A stretch of DNA of 55,711 bases, filler included, from Platydemus manokwari (taxonomy: Eukaryota): NCBI GenBank assembly GCA_037951405.1. It is 5 parts of 5 records of this genome, joined end to end, with 100 filler letters (N's around TTAATTAATTAA, not from the genome) between each part and the next. Parts side by side here need not be neighbours in the genome. Positions count along the whole stretch, not along the records: positions 21,393 to 31,388 come from JBBMOY011180878.1; positions 31,489 to 46,456 come from JBBMOY011366982.1; 3 more parts are not named here. The stretch is one strand, 5' to 3'. The notes beneath the pieces are model-generated. The model had not been told where the DNA came from. It saw only the letters and a list, made by a program, of their open reading frames with translations, and did no database searches. The position numbers were made by a program, and so were the translations under genes. This document shows positions 27,949-41,579 of this stretch, in pieces. How positions within the stretch are numbered: position 1 is the stretch's first letter; each line of letters opens with the position of its first letter.

Positions 27949-28559
27949 TTGAAAGAACATTTTCGATAAAGCTTATCTGTAACAAATTGAACCTTTTTAA
28001 GAAATATATTAAAATATATTTTTGATTTTAATATTTAATGTTGATTTATAATGAATATTTGTGAGATATTTTCCTTGTAATCAATTGGATTACATTTCAC
28101 CCGATCGTTGTTTCATGATTTAATACCCGATTAGAGAAGAAAAATACCCCATTTATTTCAGTACTTATTTAGAAAATCGTTAAAATATCGATGCTGTCCA
28201 AATCTTTAAGTATTTTTAAACTTTTATTAGAATATGTTTTTATATCACTTTGTTATATAATAATTATCACAGAAGTTGTGATAACTATATTTTGATATAT
28301 TTATTTAGAATTGACTTAAAATCTTCATTGAATTAAATTATGCCAAGTTAAATAATTACTTGGATTGAAAATATAAAAGAAATAGTTAATTTGATCAATA
28401 AAAATATTAAATATGTGAAAAGATCATCCAATAGTCATTTATTTATATTTTGTTATATTAGGGTTACATTGGCAAGAACTCTATTTGTTTTAATATACGA
28501 TTAAGAAATTTTTCACTTTTTTAAAATATTTATTAAATGTTTATTGTTTTGTGAAGTCC

Positions 28560-30602
28560 ATGTCTTTTAATATAAAATTAGAAAAAGTTTTGAATGAAGA
28601 TATAGATGATAATCAATGCGTATCAGATTATATTAATATTGATGAATATAATAATTTGAAGTATAGCCATTTCAATTTCATAGTTTTTTATAATAATATA
28701 ATTCAGTTCCCAAAATGAAAATTTAAAACTATTACTGTCGTTTAATAAATCACGATGCGAAGAGCAAAATACTTTAATAAACGAATTGACAACCATGTCA
28801 AATGAGAAATCCATAACGATTAAACATCTCGAAGGGAAAATAATTCAATTACAGTAAATATTTTTTGCAACGGTAAGATTATTTTTCAATTTATAGAAAA
28901 GATTTAGAAGCCAAATCTAATGAAGTTTCTGAAAAAAATAAATATTTAAATATTCTTTATAATACAATTAGCAATATAGAATTTGATAAGAAGGAAAACA
29001 TATCAGGTAAATTTCTACAATTACATAAAAATTAAGTGATTTTTGATCATTTATAACGTTTTGTTGTAAATAAACCATTATGAAAATTATGTTTTAAAAT
29101 TATCGGTAAATAAGTTTCTTAATGATAATCTAAATATTAATGTCAGTAAAGTCGATTGATTTTTTGCAATTGGGTTGGTATTGAATTCCCAAGTGTCTAT
29201 CTATAGATTACTGATTTATAAATGGATGGTTTTCATTGTTAAATTTTATGTTAATTTTATAGTATTAACAGTATATTATCTGATTATCACAGCATGATCT
29301 CTCAACTTTAGCTTCAATATTCAGTCAGTATTGCTTATTATTGTTGAAATAGAAGGTTCAGTTAGTATGTATATCATCTTTACTTGATGATATATATATA
29401 TATATAATTGATTGCTTATTTGAGCTGATATCATTTTCTTTTGACTTTATTTTGTCTGTCACCCGCTGTCATAGGAAGTCGTAGTAATTCACCTGATCTA
29501 TAAACAGTGTTTTACAACATCCCTTTGCAATTCTTTAGAATAACTTATTGGTTGCCTTGATCGTTGTCTTTTCCTCTCTTCAGTGCCAAAATGCCACTTA
29601 AATCCCAAAGTAGCATTTATTATTCAACGATTACACTAATGATGACATCATCATTTCGTTCTATAACCAGATATATAAATCTGTGACCAATTTTCGGCGT
29701 CTATTCATTGTGATTTGGTCATTCGGCATCTTATGGCTATGAAAAAGAACACTGTTTGTTTCATCGATTTTTTTTTCCATTTCTATCAAAATTTATGAAA
29801 AGACCAATGAAACAATTGTTCAGTCACAGATCCGAAATCAGCCACGATGAAATTAAATCGCCTACGGCATAAAACCGAAGACTTGCGTACCAAAGTTACG
29901 GATAACAAAATTCTCATCATGACAATGTGCAAAATTCTCGACTGTAATGACGGTCGAATCGTTCAATCGATGAAGGATATCATTAATGAGAACGAATCTA
30001 ATAAACGGAAATATAAATCTTATGAACAGTTCTATTTGAAATCGATAGCATTGACTAACAGTATGTCTTTGGAACTCCATCGGTCTGGTTATGAACCGGC
30101 ACCCGCTACATCTAATAGCAATTTTTGTCAGATCCATTCGGAAAGTTTTGAAAATTGGAATAAAAAAATCACCAGTTACGCTTCAAAGAAAAATGAACCC
30201 AACCGAATTTCCACTATTAACCATGTGAAACCCTATCAAAAAAATTACCCAACACATACACTTACCTCGAATTACAATCCTATATCACCACCATCATTAT
30301 TCTGTCCACAAAATCCAGAACCATCACCATCACTTGGTATTGTACCCCAGAGGATGCGTAATCCCAACGTCTTTACACGAACAACGTGGAAAAATTATCC
30401 CAGGTTAAAAGGTCCCCAAAGCTTTCCCAATTCCAAACCTAACAGCAATTTTCTTTTTAATTCACCAAGTGTCAGACCACCAAATTCTCAAGATTTGTCA
30501 ATCACAAAATGGAGGATGGATTGTGTCGATATCGTTAAGCAAGATCTAAAGAGCCTTCAATTTGAACCGAGTAAAAATTTTGAACTTTATTTCGATACAT
30601 AG
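28560..30602 (+). CDS. Four-exon ~376-aa protein with N-terminal coiled coil and Pro/Asn/Ser-rich C-terminus, no recognised family
   Basis: Exons 28560-28660, 28707-28853, 28897-29006, 29830-30602 join in frame with GT-AG introns (46, 43, 823 bp). Confidence 0.7.
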
Positions 30603-31388
30603 ATATATAATAGAGAAAATATTCTGACACTTAATTGGGATGGTCAATTTCATATTCAATCCATATATATTCCAAATCATAATTTTGAGAAAAGAACAAT
30701 TTTATTTCACCAATAATTTTCTATTTAAAATAATTTTTAATCAATCAAACGTTACGATTTGGATCTAATATATCTCAGTGATTTTTTAAAAATTTCTCGC
30801 ATGACAATTCGTTAGCAATTTTTCAAATTCCTCGCAGACCCTGCACCTAGGTTACTGTTACCAAGACAATTATTTGATTCTTATTGGAGGATATGCAAAT
30901 ATCTCGGTTAAAATTCTTCGTGAAATTTTATTGAAATCAAACCAACTTGTTTGGAGGTTTTTTATGTGGCTTTTTATAAGTTCCCAAATATAAACTAGAT
31001 TAATTAGCCCTATTGATTAAGATAAAAGCATAAAATTTCAACAATGATTTAAGACCCATTGACTTATTGGAGACTTGGTTTGCAAACACTGCTTTAAAAA
31101 TGTATACAATAATCGATTGATCTTGTGTTAAATTTTTGGTTCGAGTAAAACAAATAATTAAAAGAGCGATTTAAATGGGAACCATTTTAATGTGTTGTGG
31201 GGGAACAATAATTCGATTTGTCATTAAGATTACTAATTCAAAATGATCGATAACAACTATTATGTTTATAGGGAAGTCGGAATCTTTGACCTCTGATAAT
31301 AGGGTTGGTAATCAAATTATCGATTAGTAAAATATTTTTTATATTTTTTTATTCAGCCTCCAACTCGACTTTCATGGTCCCGTAACGG

Positions 31389-31488
31389 NNNNNNNNNNNN
31401 NNNNNNNNNNNNNNNNNNNNNNNNNNNNNNNNTTAATTAATTAANNNNNNNNNNNNNNNNNNNNNNNNNNNNNNNNNNNNNNNNNNNN
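31389..31488. other. Artificial contig spacer
   Basis: N44-TTAATTAATTAA-N44. Confidence 0.97.
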
Positions 31489-33255
31489 TTGCATATTCAT
31501 ATCGCACATCTCATTATAATTCTGATTCAATTCCCTTTCCTCTCCTTGCAGAGACGCAATATTATGCCATTTACGCTTTAGTTCGTCCTTTCTGTTATCG
31601 AACTCTTTCATCTTCTTCTCCACGGCTCTGACCTTCTGTTTTATTTCGTCCATCTCGGCCTTTGCGTGGTTTTCCAACTCTGACTCTTCTTCTTCCTTCT
31701 CCATGGCTACCTCGTATTCGCATCTCCATCTCAACAGTTCCTCTAGGTCTTCTTCTTCGTTCCAGCTCTCGATATCAACGTCCAGCTCCAGATCCTCGCT
31801 GATATTTATCCCAAGATTCATATCTTTTGTTTGCTCACTAACAGTTGTTCTGTTCCGCTGGCACGTAGGCCTACTTCTTCTTCTGTTCGCTGTTTCTTTC
31901 TGGGACATTTTTCCACCGGGAAATGTTCTTCCCCAGGTGTTGTCGTATCATATGTTCGTACGACCTTTTCGCCACCATTGATTCCTTATCCTTAACCTCT
32001 TTGTCCAATGGAATCAATCTCCACGTTCGTTGTGGAGGTTCTCGTTCCTTTATTATCAATTTTGGTACTATGGGTGTTGGGTCTACTTATTCTAGCACCT
32101 CTTTTACCTTGGCTCTTTCTTCTCTTTCGTATTCCTTTACCTTTTCTTTCCAGCGCTTGTCTTAGCTGTCCTCCTCGTGGTCTTTCCACTCCCTTTTGAC
32201 AGCTTTGTGGATATCTTGGACCCATGCTAACGTATCCTGTAACTCTCTTTGTCTCATCCTTCTACCTATGATTCGATAGTATATATCCTGCAGCCTATAC
32301 GTGGTTGCGATTCTCTTCCTTCTTCTTATCTGATCCTCCTCCACTACTTTTTGATATATTACCGGTGCTCCATCTAAATCTCGGATGCCTAGCACCTCAT
32401 CCATTCTTATATCTAATGCCATCAACTTCTCCTTCAGTCGATGGCCGACCAGAATTTTCCCCTGCCAGATCTCCCTGAGTCTCACTTTGGCTCATTCTTA
32501 AATTCACCTGGTCTCTCACTTCATATTCCTCTAATCATCCCTTGTCTACATTATACTTCTTAATTTCTGCTAGTGGGCAGATCTTTTCTTTGAATAGAGT
32601 CCTTCCCTTGTAGTCCTCTATTCCCACTCATGTAGGGTGAAACTCCCGCAGGAAGTCTTCTGCTGTTTTTACATCAATAAAGACAATGGCTTCTCGTTTC
32701 TCTCTTATTGTCATTGCTTTTCTTAGAAAACTCAGGCTTCTGCCCAACGTCTGGAAAGGTAATTTTCTTTCGGTTAATATGGAGCTTATAAGTATCTCAT
32801 TTATCCACTTCTGTCCTTCAACCATTCTTTGTTCGATTACAAAAATGGCCGGGAGATCAGATACGCTGATTATAGCGCTTCTATTACTCCATAATGCAAA
32901 AATTCCTCTTCTTCGCTCGTGCCGCATTATCAATCTTATTTTTAGGGAAAATAGGGCTTCCACTTTGTGGTTGTCAGTCCCTATCTTAATTGTTATTCTT
33001 GAGATGTCTGCATGCACTTTTAATCGGTGGATTTCCATGGGGTTATGTTGTAATAGTTCCTCCAGCTGGAACCGTGTTTAAATTACTGAGTGTATTATGG
33101 TGAATACTCGGTTGCTTTTTGTTGAGGCATTAATTTTGTTTGGTACCCTTTCATATCTCCAAATGCCTATGTTATGGGTAGTTCCCTTGATTATAGTATA
33201 TCTCTGCAGAAGCGATTGGAATAGCTTGCTTGATGGGTTTGCTTTACGTTTATAG
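31489..33255 (-). pseudogene. Decayed long ORF with a REX4/ISG20-like DEDDh exonuclease-fold domain followed by charged coiled coil; probably element-derived
   Basis: Reading through stops and frameshifts: IVFIDVK..VGIEDYKGRTLFKEKICP..IKKYN..G..LREIWQGKILVGHRLKEKLMAL..IRDL..YRLQDIYYRIIG..QDTL, then an E/K-rich coil running into the gap. Visibly more GC-rich than the flanks. Confidence 0.6.
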
Positions 33256-33760
33256 CTAAAATATAATACATTAATTTTTATTGAAATATTAATTATGGGT
33301 GAAAGACAGTGATTGATGACAACGCTTACTCTGTTATTGTGATTGTTGATTCCCAGGAGAGATTCCTCCTTTATGGTGGTTGATTTTTATATTTTGATGA
33401 TTATACTTCGTTTTAGGCGCAGATTTGATGAGAGATGAAGGAAAAATTCAAGACTATGAGGTTAGTTTTAAAAATTAAATTTTATTGATTGTCTTTGTTG
33501 CAGCTTCGGAAACAATTTAAATTTTAGATCGAGTTTCTTTTCAACCAGAAAATGAAGATTCAAAACAATTACTGTTTTTAACAGGAATAACATTATTGAA
33601 TTTTCCCTTATTGTTTTTTGAATGCATAATAAGTTTTATTAACGACAAAAATTGCTTTTTTATCAACAAGAAATAATCAATAAAAATCAGTTTTGAAATT
33701 TTATTATTTATGCTGTGTTTCGATAAAAGTCAATCGCTTGCATCATCACTCGAGTAGATT

Positions 33761-35398
33761 TCATTTTTTATCTTTGGCAGAGCTGAAAAATTTAATAAAT
33801 ATTTGATTGTGTCTGCTTAGCTCTTTATTGGCGGATATTTCTGCAATTGTGATATAGAGAAAACCCAAATAAAATGGCTCGTTTTCATCACTTGTTGGCT
33901 TCTTTAATGCGCCATCTTTGGGCCATTGGGAACATTTTCTCGTCATTGTTTTGAAAGCGCGCCCAGTTTCCTGATTTATCAAGGCCAGCTCAACATCTCG
34001 ATCGAAAGGCCAAACGAGAATGTCGTCAAATGCGCCTCGCAAAATGCAGAAGTCGAAAAACAGAAAATCACCTGATTGAGAAATCCACAAACGAAGACGA
34101 ATTTTGTAACCTCTTGGGTGCGACAAAAATGCATCACTGCAAACAAAGAATCTTTCTGCGATTTTTTGTGTCCGGCTTACTTTATCAGCCCAATTATTGA
34201 GTTTCCAGACAAACTCACCCACTTTCAAACCGCTTTCTTGCAAATCGATAATTTTTTCTGATAACTGAGCTGTAATTATTTGATCATTTCCTATCGATCG
34301 AATCGTATTGATTGATTCAGTTTTTAGATCAGTACTGGCCTGTGATATCTCATCGATTTGTACCTGATAAACAGTAAGGACAATCAATCATGTTTTCTAC
34401 CAATCAAATTCACCTCGGTCTTTTCCAATCGAGCAGAAATTTTATCTCTTCTTGTTTCTGCCAACTGACATCGCTGTTTGAGTTCATTGATTTCTTTCTG
34501 CTGCTCTTTGATTTGAGATTTCAATTCATCCATTTCTCGAGTCTGATCATCGATTTTTGTATTGACAATGTGATTCTGAATACAAAAAACATCAACAGAT
34601 AAATCAATATTTAATGATTCATCTCACTTGCTGTGACTGTTCATCTTTTAGAGTCTGCATTTCAATCTTTATTGATCTATTTTCGATTTTAAGAGCGCAC
34701 ATTTCTTCATTTAATAATTCAATTTCTTTCCAATCTCGCTTTTCTTTATTCTGCAAATCTTGAATGTTTCTCTAAAATAATTTTCAATTAAAAATATAAT
34801 TTTACAAATATTGATTTTTTACTTCAGTTTCATCTTTATCGATTATAATTTGCTGTTTCAGATGATTATTTTCTATCTTCAGCGATTCGATTTCGTTTTC
34901 AACATTATTTATCCAATTAATCAATAATTTACTATGACACGAAATCTCTTGTAAAAGATGTTCATCCACTTTATTATTGGATAATTTATTTTCACAACAC
35001 CCCACTTTCAAATATGGGCAACTCTGTGGTTTGTTTTCGCAATTCATCAAATGATTTTCTAACATTTTCAACTCCATTTGAGAGTGACAATCAATATTTG
35101 GACATTTGGTTATTAATTTTGATATGCGAATATTGATTGCTCGATTTGGGATGATGTCTGTATTAATATCGATTAGTAATTCGTTACACAATTTAGATTT
35201 GCCTGGACATTTACTGTTGCCTCTCTCAGATTCCTTGAAACATTCACTGCAGAATCTACACCCACATGGTGCGATACATGCGTTAATCAAAATCTTATTG
35301 CAAATTCCACATTTTAAATCATTACTTATTTCTTCAACGAAATCTAACTCATATTCTCTCATAATGTTCCACATGTTGATAAATCTTTGTTGATCCAT
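33761..35398 (-). CDS. TRAF-family E3 ligase/adaptor (RING, TRAF zinc finger, coiled coil, MATH), ~494 aa, 4 exons
   Basis: Exons 35398-34823, 34771-34628, 34575-34414, 34363-33761 with phase-0 GT-AG introns of 51, 52 and 50 bp. RING CGIC..PCGCRFCSEC..CP; MATH GEFVWKL..GYKIRL..GAFDDILVWPF..LINQ. Confidence 0.92.
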
Positions 35399-36947
35399 TT
35401 TATCGACTTAATTATCTAAAATTGATCACAGAAATCATTTTCATATCAAAAAAATTCAAAAATAATTATCAAAATATATCACATAAAAATAACCACAAAA
35501 TATAAACAGATATTTTTCATATAATAATATTACTATTAAAATATAAATTATAAAAATAAAAAACAATTACATTTCTTTAAAGATTTGAAATACAAAATTT
35601 AAAATTGACAAGTAATAGCTCAGCTAAACAATTACAAATATCGATTGCGCTAATAATTTTTTTTAATTTAAGAATTCAGTAAATATAAACTAATTTGTTT
35701 GCTGTATGATTACAAAATCTGACCAAATATTTATCGAATTTTTTTATATTTATTGATTATTGTATAAATTAGATGTTTTACACCTTTAGAAAAAAAATGC
35801 AGATTTTTATTTAAAAGAAATTAACACTCGTTTTCTACGGCAGCAATTCAGATGCTTTGAATAATTATTATTATTGAAAAGAAAAAGATAATTTGTTAGA
35901 AATTTTGCAGCTGAAAAATAAATTAAGAATTTCACTGAAATTATGAATTCAGACAAAAATAATTCGATAAATAATTTTTTTGATTCCTCAATCATGTCTG
36001 AGGTTTTCTTTCCACGATTTCGCGGTTGTGAATTTTCATTATTTTGGTTATTTTTCGAATTTTGTCGATGACTGAATGAAGAGAATTTTTATTCACCTCG
36101 ATAGTTTTTCTATGGGTTTTCATTGATTAATTCGAATAATTAATTGGTTTTCTGTATCAAAATATGACAAATTATGAAAGACTGAAATTCTGAGTTAATT
36201 ATTGATTAGTTAATAATAAAAAAATTAATTTAATAAAATATTTTTATTTAAACTCATTTATTTACAAAAATAATTAAATTTCAAAACATAAATAATTTAA
36301 TTTACAAAAGATTTTTCAATAAACTTGATAAGAAATACAAGAAACCTTAGAAATCTTCATGACAACTCGCATGCTATCCTGGAAATATGTGTGATATATT
36401 GGAAAAGTAAAATAATTGTATCAGTAATTAGAAACAGTCAATTAAGCACCAATAGAAAACAAGAAAAAATGTATGAGTGATGTCATCTCACAAATCATAA
36501 AAGTATTCACCATTTGAAGTTCTTTTCAGGAAGAAATCACAGCTATTTATTAAAGAGGGAAAGCCATGTAAAAGGAAAATTATGGAAAGTTTCTTTAATT
36601 TTGATATGGAAAATTTTGAAGACCTTTATATATGCTGGATCGATAACCAAAAGCATTACAAAATTTACCACTTGAGGTCAATTTACCACTTTGAACAAAA
36701 TTCGCACTACCCTTAAATGATAATAACCCTCTATAAGAACACCAAATCAATTTATTCTTGTTGTCAGATGAAGACATCACCAATAACCAAATACCGCGGT
36801 GTCAAACAAGAATGCCCTCTTTCAGTAATAAAATAGATTGAAAACTAAAAATCATAAAATGGTAATCATTTTCATTAAAATAAAACTACGCATTTAAAAT
36901 TATTTATTATCGTATAACATATGTCCATGTCACGCATATAACGAAGA

Positions 36948-37142
36948 AAAATAATCGAAGGCAGAAGTATGATTGTAACAATTAATGAGGCCAATTTTAA
37001 AGTGACCAACCACAATAGCAGTGACCGAAGGTCTATTATTTGGGTTGTTTGAGAGCTGGAAATATATGATCAGTAGAATTGCTTTTTATATCCAGTTTGC
37101 AACAGAGGCGCGGGAAACCTAGAAGCAATAATAAAAAAGTAA
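36948..37142 (+). mobile_element. Merlin (IS1016/IS1595-like) DDE transposase remnant
   Basis: KIIEGRSMIVTINEANFK..IWVV*ELE..NCFLYPVCNRGAGNLEAIIKK parallels the family pattern GG.G.IVEIDES.F..WVFG..E..CFLVPV.DR.A.TL..II. Confidence 0.6.
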
Positions 37143-37169
37143 ACAGAGAGATAACATTTCGAATGTTAC

Positions 37170-37638
37170 TTATTCTTTAATTGAAGATTGTTTCATCTGG
37201 GTCGATCATATATACAATTTATTACATATCATGTATCCCAATTCACTGTTTCGACAATTTAGTTAACATTGAACTATTCTAAGTTCTGAACCATTCTAAA
37301 TATTGATTCGACATAAAATTGTAATGGTTGTCTTTCTGATGAAATTTAGCTGTTTTTGTACTTTTAATTCAAAATAGAATTTCCAGTCCAAATTTGATAA
37401 ATTTTTCATTAAAATTATATTTTGAAATTAAATAATGCAAGGAAAAAGCTTGTCTCCTTTCACAAAAACCTTTATACATTAATTACAGAATTGGCACTCA
37501 TATGGTAAGTCACACGCATTAATCCAGATTTTCTTAAAAATTCCACATTTATAATCAATCATCATTGAATTCATCAAAGATTTCTAAATCATTTTCTCTC
37601 ATAATGTTTCACATGTTGATATGTATTTTTTGAACCAT
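37170..37638 (-). pseudogene. Truncated TRAF pseudogene (RING exon), with duplicated upstream region
   Basis: MVQKIHINM*NIMRENDLE..KCGIFKKIWINACDLPYECQFCN*C parallels the TRAF start at 35398. DNA similarity extends through 37639-37880 versus 35399-35660. Confidence 0.85.
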
Positions 37639-38759
37639 TTTATTGTCTTAATTATCTAAAATCGATCACAGAAATTACTTTCATGTCAAAACAAATCAGC
37701 AATAATTATCAAAATATGTCACATAATAACCACAAAATATATAATTTAAGATAATGATATTATCATTATAATAGAAAAACAATAAACAATTACATTACCG
37801 GAATTATTCGAAATTCCAATTTCATAATTGGTCAATTGATCCGCCTAACAATTATATAAATATCGATCGATATAATAATTTATTGTCTGTTTCACAATTT
37901 TATGATTCGATATTTCAATCAATATTTTTTTCTGATTTCATCAAAAAAACGTTTGATATTATTAAATCGTTTTATATTTTGTTATCATTGCACGAATTGG
38001 TCGATTTCGTTTTAAAAGAAAACTTTCACATTTTATTATTCTTCCAAATTTGTCAACATCTATATGCCTATATCCGGATCGTTCTAATCAACTTTTTTAT
38101 ATTTATTTGATTTTTCATCAATATGAGTTTCAATTCGTCTGCGAAACCATCTTGTGAATTTCATTTGTTTGTGCCAAATAAGGATGCCTTGACTGTTGTT
38201 AATCAAATTGTTTTCTTAGAGTTCAATTTATGTTCAGTCTTTACATTGACTATTAATTTTAGATCATATAAAAATGATAATTTGGTTTTGTTCACCAACA
38301 ATGTTGTCAGAGTTATAGTCAATCAATTATTATTCAACTTAAATTGATAGAGATTAGACCTTTAGACGTTCAGTATTCTTATTGTGCAGTTCTCATACTC
38401 ACTATCGAAGTCCTTTAAGAACCAAAATAAAATACGATTATAAAAAATTTAATAATTTTATTATTTTGTCATCCAATATTAATTCCAATATTTTTTCACA
38501 TTTTTATTCTCGATTTCTATTGTATCGTATAATATTTACCTCAATAAAGCAAAAGTACTTCAATATTAATTATCAACCAATTATTCACAAAGCAATACTT
38601 TTAGATCTCAAAGCTATTTGCAATATCACATCATATAACCAAGTTATTTATTATAGTGGTAAAAACATAAGTCGTTTCTATCAATATTTTATTTTATTTT
38701 CAAAATCAGACGCGTTTTTAAATATTAAAACAAATCTCATTTTTTATCTAACTTTCCTC

Positions 38760-39770
38760 TACCGTTGAATTTGAAATTCTTTTTAGTCACTCAATTCTTC
38801 GAAATTTTAGCTGCCCCTGGAAATCAAGAAGCACTTGATGTGGACTTAAAAATTTCAAAATTCTGTAAAGACCTTCATATCGTTGTTACCACCATGTCTC
38901 AGACCGTCCTAATCATCCTGTCGGCTAAACTCTTGTTTTGGAGAACCATACCGGTAGATCCATTTATCAATTATGGATTTAAAAATACTTGTTTTGTCTT
39001 GTCGAATAAGTGGCACCAGCTTACTAACTTACTAAACCTATTTACTATAACCAACAAATATCTGGTTTTAGTCATAAATAAGCCAAAATGTGCAACATCA
39101 ACAACGATCTGTACCAGAGGCCAAAATCCTTCCTTTTAGCACAAATATCACAATTGTGTACTTCATGTTCGATGCTTCGTGATATTTACTAAGTTTCTGC
39201 GAATAAACCTCTGGTACAATGATTCGTTTCTTTCCATTCTCATTATACACCACCATATCTTGAAATAATTCATATTTCTCTAAGCTGTTAAAATATCTTC
39301 TTTTCTTGACCATTAAATTGACTTCTGGTTCTGTTTTCCCTAACTATTTTCGAATGGAACCAACTACAGTATCTTCTTGTTGAATCTTTCTTAGTTAGTC
39401 ATTATTTGCAATTGAATGCTCGAGAAGACCAATAAACCGACATTTTGGTTTACCTTTTTTAGCATCTTGTTGCTGAGTTAAGCATTGTGGGCAAAATGCT
39501 TCGAATATCCTTGAGAATCCATCCGCATTTCCATGATCTGATCCTTTCCGATATTGAAGTTCAAAATTGAATCCAGAGGGCTAATCGGTTTGTTAGTTTT
39601 TTTCATGCATGTCAAGGCTTTGTGATCGGTGCGGGTCACAAATTTCTTTCTTATCAGATAATGCTTAAAATCCATAGTAAAATCTTGGATTGTCAAAATC
39701 TCTTTCCTCGTGACGCAATAAATTTCGGCGTGGTCGCCAGTAAAAAGATAACTCGTTTGCATCAATATTT
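38760..39770 (-). mobile_element. Gypsy pol remnant (RNase H and integrase)
   Basis: YCVTRKEIL..FKHYL..KFVTRTDHKAL, FQYRKGSDHGNADGFSR and degenerate integrase (LVIVNRFSK); many stops. Confidence 0.75.
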
Positions 39771-41579
39771 TATTCTAATTCAAAATTACACCGTTTGTTT
39801 ATTAATATTAAAACAAATCTTATTTTTTTATCTAACTGGAAGAAACTCTGAATTGCAGGAACTAAAATCGGTTTGAGAATATTTTAAAATATATATATTT
39901 TTAAAGTCCTTATTTATAAGGTTGAATCGTTAAATTCGTGTTGATCAATCCAGTCCATAAATTAAATGAGTTAACGTAAATTTATTTGAGAAAATTAAAT
40001 CAATTTGTTGGTCCGTTTATTAATGAAATAAATTAAATTAATAATGACTTCTTTTGTTGAAACATCAATCCCAAACGAAGCAGCTGCTACTAACATATAT
40101 CAATACGCAATAATTGTTTGATCATTATCAGCTGGCTGTTTATAATGTTTCGTTTTGTATTAAATTGTCTTTATATCCCAACATTTGAACTATCAACTAG
40201 CGAATATAATTTATGATTATTTGTAAACATGAGGTTCACTACTGCAGCCACTGTCCTGAAAACTGCGAAAGATCTATAATTCTCTAAGCCGAGATACTGA
40301 TTAGGCCAAGGGCAAGGGAAATAGTACCAATTTTAAGCTAAGTTTGTTCATTTATTTTTGATATTCTGAGTGCTTAACACAATATTAACGATTTTAATTT
40401 CTACACCACTTACATTTTCGTTTTAAAATAAACTTCATTAGCCTGGACATTCACATAATTGATTTCGTACTGTCGTATAAGCAATAATAGTTGCAATAAA
40501 ATCATCAAAATTTCATTTTGATTTAGATACAATAATAACAAGAATGTTTAGTTTAACTTTTATACATACCCTTAAATACATTCAGTTTACCGATAGTTTC
40601 GTCATCACATCTGTACCGATGCCCTCAATAATAACGAAATCCGAATAATGTAAGATATATTTAATAATAATATATACTCATTATGTATAATTTAAAGGTA
40701 TTGTGTCACATGTTTATTTCTAATTTCATCAAAAGATGTCCCAAACATATGAACGGAAAAAGTTGTCGAAATTCAAATTCTGAGTTACGAATTAGACATC
40801 CTATAGTTTGTAAATGATCAGAAGAAAACAGATTTAAATAATTTCCTGTAAGTCTTATAAATCACGTACTGGAAAGTGATATCACCTCAAATATCAGCAA
40901 ATAAAATTGAAAGATACAAAACGGTCCTGAAAAAATATTCTGATCAAAAATCTTTATGGCACTAAAGGAATGTGGGAACTTGTGATATAGAGTGGCTACA
41001 GATAAAGAATTCCCACAAAAATTGAGAGAGAAATTCGGAGTAAGCCATCAGAGGTTACTGTATAGTATAAAGTTTTCCATGTCGCATTTACACAACTGAA
41101 ATTTTCATAAAATCAAACTATAGCAGCTATTAATATTTCAATCTGTGTTGGAGAATGAGACAAAAATCTAAAGACCACCTCACTCGGCATTGTTTAATTG
41201 ATGAAGCATTGATGGTCAGAAGAATTTGCAAGAAAATTACTTCCTTAGAAGTAGGATAGTAGTGTGTCACAAAGATCCCGAGGAATTGAAAACATAAAGA
41301 TCTTCCAGAGGAAATGTGTGTTGTTCCCGGAATTACCGAATGCTCTTTTATACCTAAAAGAACATATGATGAGAAACGATAGCAGATACGCTCCTCAGGA
41401 CTTACCCAAATTATCACCGAAGATTTATAAAATATGCGAAAACAGAGCACGTTGAAACTATCGATATAATCTAACTTGTCGGAGTTATCAGGAGAAAAAT
41501 TCAGAAACAATATATAAATATTAAATTGAAAAAAGGAACAAGAAATTCCAAGGGTAACACATCAGAATAAATCAATAAA

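Noticed and set aside
30850-31388. RFX X-box-like GTTACCAAGACAAT and exon-like pieces of a possible gene start
   Set aside because: Imperfect motif and no consistent reading frame before the contig end.
31703-33081. Plus-strand Ser/Leu/Phe-rich ORFs
   Set aside because: Shadow frames of the purine-rich minus-strand reading.
37883-38768. Hydrophobic plus-strand ORFs
   Set aside because: Low-complexity T-rich antisense of decayed minus-strand sequence.
40880-41520. Possible decayed Gypsy integrase tail
   Set aside because: Coding-like but no diagnostic motif.
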